Origin: Nitrospinaceae bacterium
GTDB taxonomy: Bacteria > Nitrospinota > Nitrospinia > Nitrospinales > VA-1
Direction of reading: 5' to 3'
Length of the DNA: 23,818 nt
Assembly (NCBI GenBank): GCA_046754465.1
Contig: JBHHVU010000049.1
Location: 1-23,818 of the forward strand
How positions within the stretch are numbered: position 1 is the stretch's first letter; every line of letters begins with the position of its first letter. This document shows positions 17,763 through 23,818 of the stretch, in pieces. The translations under genes and the position numbers were made by a program. The notes beneath the pieces are model-generated. The model did not search any database. It saw only the letters and a list, made by a program, of their open reading frames with translations, and was not told the origin of the DNA.

Positions 17763-19438
17763 TTGACATCTCCTGAAATGGGAAGGGTAACGGTAAAGGT
17801 CGACCCCCGGCCCGGTTCACTGTTTACCTGGATTTCTCCTCCATGCGCCCGGACGATCCCGTAACTCACGGAAAGACCCAATCCGTTTCCTTTCATCCCT
17901 TTCTTGGTCGTGAAGAAGGGTTCGAAAATCTCTATCCTGTTTTCCGGCGGAATACCACACCCTGTATCCTGGACATGAAATTTAATTTGGGCGCCGCCAT
18001 TCTCGGTGCGAAGAATAATCTCCCCGCCGCTTTTGGGGATGGCGTTTTCCGCGTTTTGCAGCAGGTTCAGAATCACCTGCTTAATCTGGTCCTTGACGGC
18101 TTTCACCTTGGGCAAGTCCGGGACGTAGTGCTTCTCCAGCTTGATTTTTTTCACCCCAAGGGATTTTTCGAGCAGCCAGAGTATTTCCTCAATGGTCTCC
18201 TGGAGATCCAAAAGTTCCCTTTTTTCCGAGGAAGGCCGATGAAAATCCTGAAGCTTTCTTATCAGATTCGCCACCCGGTCGCATTCCTTGATCGCCAATT
18301 GGTTGAATCCGATGTATTTTTCATCCATGGGGACCTTCCTGCCAATCTTTACCAACACATTGCGGATTCCGTAAATGGGATTGTTGATTTCATGGGCGAT
18401 GGAGGCGATCAGTTTTCCCGACGAAGATAATTTTTCGCAATGAATCAAACGGCACTGGGAAGCTTTTAATTCCTTCTCCGCCCGTTGGCGCACCCGGATC
18501 TCCCTTTTAAGGCAGGCAATGGCTTTTTTCAGGCCGGAGGTCCGCTGAACCACCAAGTCCTCGAGCCGATTCTTGTAATTCGACAGTTCCTCCTCCGCCA
18601 GCTTGCGCTCGACCGCGACCCCGGCAAGATAGGCCGTGGAATAAATGATCGGTCTTTCGTACTCCGTGGGCTTGCGGGCTTGGTTATAGTAAAGACAAAA
18701 GGTGCCGAGAACTTTTCCCTGGGAGCCCGTGAAAGGCTTGGAATAACACGCACGCAACCCCAAGGAAAGTGGCAAATGCTTCGCGGCCGCCCAATAGGGG
18801 TCCGTTTCGATATCTTCAACGATCACGGATTCATTAACATAATTGGTTCTTCCGCTGGCTCCCAGCGCCAAAACTTTATCGATGCTGCCAAAGAACCTGG
18901 TGAACGATTCAGGCAGGTTGGGTGCTGAGATCAACCGGAAATGTTTTCTCGTTTCATCCCATAAGTAAATGGATACCCGCACTCCCTTGAGCTGGGACTC
19001 AATGACTTCCGCCAGAACATCTAGAGTTTCCCGCATGGGCCGGCCCTGGGTTACCAGTTCCAGCACTCGGGTCTGCCCCTCCAGAATCAAATAAGTCTGG
19101 TGTCGTTTTCTGAATTCATTTCGCAGAAGGATTAAGGAAATCCCAACAAAAATACAAGACCCAATAATAAATTCCCAGCGTTCTTGTAGGAAATCTGGAA
19201 CATCGGCCTGAAGCAGGGAGACCATCATCCCTTCTTCCAACAAGAATTCCCACCCAAGGGCCAGAATGAAGACCAAAGACATGACTATGCCAATGCTGTA
19301 CAAGAGTTGCTTTGTTATGGTTAATTCTTTCTTTTGAGCATCTTGTGATGAAATGACGGGTAGGAGCATGCGGAAGGCAGGATCAAAAAAAGATTGATAA
19401 TTAAAGACTGAATGGGAGTGGAGCTTTCCTTCGCTCAT
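17759..19438 (-). CDS. Membrane sensor histidine kinase (2 TM, GAF, HisKA, HATPase)
   Basis: GAF segment VEDIETDPYW...GLRACYSKP...VLGTFCLY; H-box IAHEINNPI; QVILNLLQNA, DTGCGI, FEPFFTTK, GLGLSVSYGIV. Exact start uncertain. Confidence 0.92.
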   Translation of the reverse strand: MSEGKLHSHSVFNYQSFFDPAFRMLLPVISSQDAQKKELTITKQLLYSIGIVMSLVFILALGWEFLLEEGMMVSLLQADVPDFLQERWEFIIGSCIFVGISLILLRNEFRKRHQTYLILEGQTRVLELVTQGRPMRETLDVLAEVIESQLKGVRVSIYLWDETRKHFRLISAPNLPESFTRFFGSIDKVLALGASGRTNYVNESVIVEDIETDPYWAAAKHLPLSLGLRACYSKPFTGSQGKVLGTFCLYYNQARKPTEYERPIIYSTAYLAGVAVERKLAEEELSNYKNRLEDLVVQRTSGLKKAIACLKREIRVRQRAEKELKASQCRLIHCEKLSSSGKLIASIAHEINNPIYGIRNVLVKIGRKVPMDEKYIGFNQLAIKECDRVANLIRKLQDFHRPSSEKRELLDLQETIEEILWLLEKSLGVKKIKLEKHYVPDLPKVKAVKDQIKQVILNLLQNAENAIPKSGGEIILRTENGGAQIKFHVQDTGCGIPPENRIEIFEPFFTTKKGMKGNGLGLSVSYGIVRAHGGEIQVNSEPGRGSTFTVTLPISGDVK

Positions 19439-19488
19439 GCAAAAGCATTTGCTTTTGCAGTTGATATTAAATCACAAAATCATGATTT
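19438..19488. promoter_or_regulatory. Two palindromes (candidate operators) at the kinase start
   Basis: tgcaaaagca-tt-tgcttttgca (19438-19459) and aaatcatgattt (19477-19488). Confidence 0.35.
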
Positions 19489-19611
19489 AGGAAAGGGGGA
19501 ATCGAGGAAATGGATGAAATTTTGTCATTTTGGGCGATCCCTGTATTCTGTTAGGGGATGATTGCCCAGGCGTCCGAGTATCGGTGAAACCTGGCCGTCC
19601 GGTGAGAAAGC

Positions 19612-21189
19612 TTATTTATTTTTGTTGCCGAAGGCGTTGAGTTTGTATTCGATGCTGTCGATGAGGGCCTGCCAGCTCGCCTCGATGATGTTTTCGGAAA
19701 CCCCCACGGTGCCCCATTTGGACGAGCGGTCGCCCGACTCCACCAGCACCCGGATTTTGGCCCGGGTGCCTTTTTTCTCGTCCAGTATTCTCACTTTGTA
19801 GTCGTACAGATTCACCTCCGCCAGTTCCGGATAAAACTTGATGAGTGCCTTCTTGATGGCTTTATCCAGGGCGTTGACGGGACCCGTCCCTTCCGCCGCA
19901 GTGACTTCCTGGACCCCGTTCACGCGGATCTTCACGGTGGCTTCGGAAATGGATTGCTCGTCTTCCCACCTTTTTTCGACGATGACCCGAAAGCCGACAA
20001 AGTCGAAAAAGATCTCCTTGTCTCCCAGGGCGTCGCGCATTAAAAGTTCGAAGGAACCTTCCGCGCCCTCATATTGAAACCCCAGATTTTCGGAGGTCTT
20101 CAGCGTTTCCAGAATTTTCCTGATTTTGGGGTCGTCGGCGTTGATGTCGATTCCATATTCCCGCGCCTTGTAGATGATGTTGCTTTTTCCGGAAAGGTCG
20201 GAAATCAAAATGCGCCGATGGTTGCCCACCCACTCGGGTTCGATGTGCTCATAGGTTTCGCGGTTTTTCTGTATGGCGCTGACATGAATCCCGCCCTTGT
20301 GGGCGAACGCGCTCTTCCCGACAAAGGGCTGGTGGTTCCAATGCGCCTTGTTGGCCAGTTCGTCGACGAAGGAGGAAACATCCTTCAAGGCGCTCATCTG
20401 CACATCGGTCACGCAGTCCCGCCCCATTTTGAGTTTCAGGTTGGGGATGATGGAGATGAGGTTGGCGTTTCCGCAGCGTTCCCCGTACCCATTGACGGTT
20501 CCCTGGACCTGCCCAGCCCCCGCCTCCACCGCGGTCAGCGTGTTGGCGACGGCCACCTCGGAATCGTTGTGGCAATGGATGCCCAGCTTGACCCGGACTG
20601 CGTTCCGCACCGCCGTGAAAATCTCCCGGATCTCCCAGGGCAAGGTCCCGCCATTGGTGTCGCAAAGGACAATCCAGTCGGCCCCGGCGGACTCCGCCTC
20701 GCGGATCACCTTCATGGCGTAACCGGGATTGCTTTTGTACCCGTCGAAAAAATGCTCGGCGTCGAACAGCACTTCCTGGCAATGCTTTTTCAAGTAAGCC
20801 AGGCTTTCGGAAACCATGCGCAGGTTTTCCGTTTCGCTGGTGGACAACGCTTCTTTCACGTGCATGTCCCAGGATTTGCCGAAGATGGTGATCGCCCCCG
20901 TCTCCGCCTCCAGCAGCTTGCCGAGGTTGGGGTCCGTCTCCACCTTTTTACCGGGGTAGCGGGTGCTGCCGAAAGCGGTAACCACCGCCCGCTTCAACGG
21001 GGAGTGCTTGATCTTCTTGAAAAATTCGATGTCCCGGGGATTCGACCCGGGCCAGCCCCCCTCAATATAATGAACGCCCAACTCGTCCAGTTTGTGGGCG
21101 ATCCGTATTTTATCTTCCACGGTGAAGGACACCTCTTCGGCCTGGGATCCGTCGCGCAGGGTGGTGTCGTATATTTTAATGGATTGCAT
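19612..21189 (-). CDS. cimA: Citramalate synthase (DRE-TIM, LeuA-like)
   Basis: [74 protein letters not shown]. Confidence 0.93.
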   Translation of the reverse strand: MQSIKIYDTTLRDGSQAEEVSFTVEDKIRIAHKLDELGVHYIEGGWPGSNPRDIEFFKKIKHSPLKRAVVTAFGSTRYPGKKVETDPNLGKLLEAETGAITIFGKSWDMHVKEALSTSETENLRMVSESLAYLKKHCQEVLFDAEHFFDGYKSNPGYAMKVIREAESAGADWIVLCDTNGGTLPWEIREIFTAVRNAVRVKLGIHCHNDSEVAVANTLTAVEAGAGQVQGTVNGYGERCGNANLISIIPNLKLKMGRDCVTDVQMSALKDVSSFVDELANKAHWNHQPFVGKSAFAHKGGIHVSAIQKNRETYEHIEPEWVGNHRRILISDLSGKSNIIYKAREYGIDINADDPKIRKILETLKTSENLGFQYEGAEGSFELLMRDALGDKEIFFDFVGFRVIVEKRWEDEQSISEATVKIRVNGVQEVTAAEGTGPVNALDKAIKKALIKFYPELAEVNLYDYKVRILDEKKGTRAKIRVLVESGDRSSKWGTVGVSENIIEASWQALIDSIEYKLNAFGNKNK

Positions 21190-21191
21190 AT

Positions 21192-21734
21192 TTATCCGGC
21201 TTTCCTTTTCTTGGCGGATTTCGATTTCAGCGGTTTCGTCCGGGAAACGGCGGTGGGCGCCGATTTTAGGTCAAAGGCATCGTGCAGGGCGCGGACGGCC
21301 AGCTCGGTGTACTTTTGATCGATGACGCAGGAAACCTTGATTTCCGACGTGCTGATCATAAGAATATTGATATTTTCATCGGACAGGGTCCTGAACATGG
21401 TCGCGGCGATGCCCGAATGACTCCGCATCCCCGCGCCGACGATGGATATCTTGGCGATGTTCGCGTCGGCCAAAACCTTCTCCGCCCGGATCTCCTCGGC
21501 GACTTTCTTCATCACCTTCATGGCATCCGCCTGGTGCTCCGTGGCCATGGTGAAGGAGATATCCGTGTGTCCCTCCTCGCTGATATTCTGGATGATCATG
21601 TCGACGGAAAGCGCGGCCCGGGCGAGCGCATCGAAGAGATTGGCGGCGATCCCCGGCTGGTCTGGAACACCCTTGACGGTAATTTTGGCCTGGTTTTTAT
21701 CGTACATGATTCCGGAAACGACCGGTTGCTCCAT
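21192..21734 (-). CDS. Predicted in-frame aspartate kinase beta subunit (internal start MEQPVVSG, 180 aa)
   Basis: GAGGAGG (21749-21743) lies 8 nt before the in-frame ATG of Met249, at the boundary of the ACT region. Confidence 0.65.
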   Translation of the reverse strand: MEQPVVSGIMYDKNQAKITVKGVPDQPGIAANLFDALARAALSVDMIIQNISEEGHTDISFTMATEHQADAMKVMKKVAEEIRAEKVLADANIAKISIVGAGMRSHSGIAATMFRTLSDENINILMISTSEIKVSCVIDQKYTELAVRALHDAFDLKSAPTAVSRTKPLKSKSAKKRKAG

Positions 21735-22478
21735 ATTGGGATCCTCCTCGTGGATCAGGGTTCCTTTTTCGTTATTATATGAGGACCTCACGATCAAGGG
21801 CATGTTAAATTTCCTGGCGAATTCCACGCACCGCGGCTGCAGAACCCTGGCGCCCAGGCTAGCCATTTCCAGCATCTCGTCGTAGGAGACTCCATCGAGC
21901 TTTCTCGCGCCGGGAACCATATTGGGGTCGGCGGTGTAAACACCGTCCACGTCGGTGTAAATTTCGCATTGCCGGGCGTTGAGAACGGCGGCCAGCGCGA
22001 CCGCCGAGGTATCCGAACCGCCGCGTCCCAGGGTCGTGACGTCCCCATACTCGTTGACTCCCTGGAATCCGGCCACGACCACCACGTGGTTTTCCTTCAG
22101 AACCTTTTTGCACCGGCCGGCGTCGATTTGCTTGATACGCGCCCGGGTGTGCGTGTTATCCGTGCGCAGCCCAATCTGCCGGCCCGTCATGGCCACCGCA
22201 GGGCAACCGATGGCGTTGAGGGCGATGGTCAGCAGGGCGCTGGAGATCCGTTCCCCTGAAGAAAGCAGAAGGTCGATCTCCCGGCGTTGCGGATGCTCGG
22301 AAATCTCCCGGGCCATCGCCAGAAGCTTATCCGTCTCCCCCGCCATGGCCGAGACCACCACCACCACATCGTGACCCTCCTTCCGGGTGCGGGCGATGCG
22401 TTCCGCCACCTGCCGGATCCGTTCGATCGACCCGACGGAGGTTCCCCCGTACTTTTGAACGATCAAGGATGATTTCAT
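21192..22478 (-). CDS. lysC: Aspartate kinase (alpha subunit, two ACT domains)
   Basis: [49 protein letters not shown]. Confidence 0.96.
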   Translation of the reverse strand: MKSSLIVQKYGGTSVGSIERIRQVAERIARTRKEGHDVVVVVSAMAGETDKLLAMAREISEHPQRREIDLLLSSGERISSALLTIALNAIGCPAVAMTGRQIGLRTDNTHTRARIKQIDAGRCKKVLKENHVVVVAGFQGVNEYGDVTTLGRGGSDTSAVALAAVLNARQCEIYTDVDGVYTADPNMVPGARKLDGVSYDEMLEMASLGARVLQPRCVEFARKFNMPLIVRSSYNNEKGTLIHEEDPNMEQPVVSGIMYDKNQAKITVKGVPDQPGIAANLFDALARAALSVDMIIQNISEEGHTDISFTMATEHQADAMKVMKKVAEEIRAEKVLADANIAKISIVGAGMRSHSGIAATMFRTLSDENINILMISTSEIKVSCVIDQKYTELAVRALHDAFDLKSAPTAVSRTKPLKSKSAKKRKAG

Positions 22479-23680
22479 GGCAGGGCATCCTTCAAAAACG
22501 CCGCCAACAGGGACGGCCCGTCCTCAAAATATTTCCCTCCCGAATCGAGAATCTTCTCATCGAATCGGGAAACCGCGTTCCCGCCGCTCCCGGCGGGAAA
22601 CACCACGAAGGGAACGAGGTCCTTGGTGTATTTCATGAGGACCGCCGACGTCACCTGGTTTTCCACAAAAAGCATCTTGACATCGTTCCGGGAAGACAGC
22701 CCTTCCAGGAGAGGTCCGGCCACCTCGCGGTCAAAGTCTTCAATCGCCAGAATCTTGTCGTCGATATTTCCCTGCAGTGAGACGTCTTCCCCGGCGGGGA
22801 CATGCAGGAAAACCACCTCCCGCGTCTCAAGTGCCTGGAAGGCCGCGCCGGCGGGCTCCGGATTTCCAGGGGAGTTGGACCCGTTCCTCGCCGGTACGGA
22901 ATCGGCCTGCATTCCGGCGGAAATTCCCATCCCCCGCAAAAGCAGGGAAGGGGTGACCAGGGCGGCGTCCTTGTGAAATTTTCCGGAAAACGGAGGCAGA
23001 CCGGCAGGCCGGCCGCTGCCCCACAACCACACGCTGTTGACGGGATCCTTCCCCTCGCTACGGCGTGTCCGATTATACGGGTGATTATGCAGAATGATCT
23101 GCGCCTGGTTCATGATATGAATGATTTCCTTGAATTCCTCGCCTTCCGGCATGTACCGGCGGATGCCCTCCCCGACCAGTTCGTGGGGCGGCGTCAGCCT
23201 TCCCGAAAAAGGAGGACTCTGTATCACCATGAGATGGTGGTGCCCGGTTCCCGGATAGAATCGCACCCCCACGTCACAGATCTGCTTTTGCAAGGCTTCC
23301 AGCAATATTCCGGCATCTTCATCGGAAAGATTGCCCGCGGTGAAATCCTTCATCACCATGTCGTTGTGGCTGGACTGCAACTGGATGAAATCGCAGCACA
23401 CGGGGACTTCCCCGTCTTTAAGTTCCACGCCCAGCGCCACGGCGTCGAAAAGCGCCGGCGCGGCGTGATGTTTCTCCGGGTCGAAACCCAACAGGGACAA
23501 AAAGGACACGTCGTTTCCCGCATCCAGACTGTCTGGAATCGTGCGAACCGATCCCGAAAATCCCTCCCGGGCCAGCCGGTCGAGGTTGGGCGTATCCGCG
23601 AGCTGCAAGGGCGTCTGGTTGTCTTTTTCGGCGATGGGCTTGTCCGTTAACCCCGCGCCGATAACCACTAAATATTTCAT
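22475..23680 (-). CDS. ApgM / proposed-homoserine-kinase family protein (alkaline phosphatase superfamily) with degenerate active site
   Basis: [66 protein letters not shown]. Family-like N-terminus starts at ATG 23680; ATGA overlap with lysC. Confidence 0.88.
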   Translation of the reverse strand: MKYLVVIGAGLTDKPIAEKDNQTPLQLADTPNLDRLAREGFSGSVRTIPDSLDAGNDVSFLSLLGFDPEKHHAAPALFDAVALGVELKDGEVPVCCDFIQLQSSHNDMVMKDFTAGNLSDEDAGILLEALQKQICDVGVRFYPGTGHHHLMVIQSPPFSGRLTPPHELVGEGIRRYMPEGEEFKEIIHIMNQAQIILHNHPYNRTRRSEGKDPVNSVWLWGSGRPAGLPPFSGKFHKDAALVTPSLLLRGMGISAGMQADSVPARNGSNSPGNPEPAGAAFQALETREVVFLHVPAGEDVSLQGNIDDKILAIEDFDREVAGPLLEGLSSRNDVKMLFVENQVTSAVLMKYTKDLVPFVVFPAGSGGNAVSRFDEKILDSGGKYFEDGPSLLAAFLKDALP

Positions 23681-23716
23681 ATAAAGGGAGATATTATCAG
23701 GATTCGCGTTATCAAA

Positions 23717-23745
23717 ATTATATCTTATATTTCCCGTTCCCTCAA
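23717..23745 (-). promoter_or_regulatory. Sigma70 promoter for the apgM-like-lysC-cimA operon
   Basis: Minus strand TTGAGG (23745-23740), 17-bp spacer, TATAAT (23722-23717). It lies downstream of the ORF-track ATG at 23785, supporting the start at 23680. Confidence 0.6.
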
Positions 23746-23775
23746 ATTTTCCCTCGGCCGAGAACCTCGGCAGGC

Positions 23776-23818
23776 TATTTGTCATACCATATATGGCAAA
23801 CCAGGATCGAATGGCGAT
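23776..23818 (+). repeat. Modular intergenic repeat, copy C (cut by the window end)
   Basis: Core gtcataccatatatggcaaac (23781-23801); the next 17 nt match the segment after 15701 at 12/17 positions. Confidence 0.75.

Noticed and set aside
20074..21318. 414-aa plus-strand ORF, and similar long antisense ORFs (1280-2236, 3252-4082, 7886-9091, 9886-10908, 12749-13513, 16367-17146, 22802-23650)
   Set aside because: Shadow ORFs opposite well-supported genes, expected in GC-rich DNA; no recognisable motifs.
23681..23785. N-terminal extension of the ApgM-like ORF
   Set aside because: The family N-terminus starts at MKY (23680), and the extension contains the predicted promoter and part of a repeat.

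Overview
Bacterial chromosomal window, GC-rich and mostly coding. The gene content (NxrC/EbdC-like cytochrome, Na+-translocating oxaloacetate decarboxylase, apgM-lysC-cimA) suggests a Nitrospina-like organism; this is inference only. Plus strand: an orphan gene, hflK-hflC, trkA with two tandem trkH paralogs, and oadA-oadB-oadG. Minus strand: an exported CxxCH+HExxH protein, a diheme-c/heme-b (EB_dh-type) cytochrome, a DUF1566 protein, a three-gene signalling cluster (GAF histidine kinase, Cys-tailed receiver, sigma54 activator), and an apgM-like-lysC-cimA operon. Most notable observations: (1) an intergenic modular repeat family at three loci, with a 21-nt palindromic core followed by an exactly 25-nt variable segment; (2) an intact ApgM-family gene that appears to have lost its catalytic residues, coupled to aspartate kinase; (3) a secreted protein combining a heme-c motif with a zincin-like motif; (4) a MITE-like element with an internal palindrome. 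All calls come from reading motifs by eye; no searches were run.
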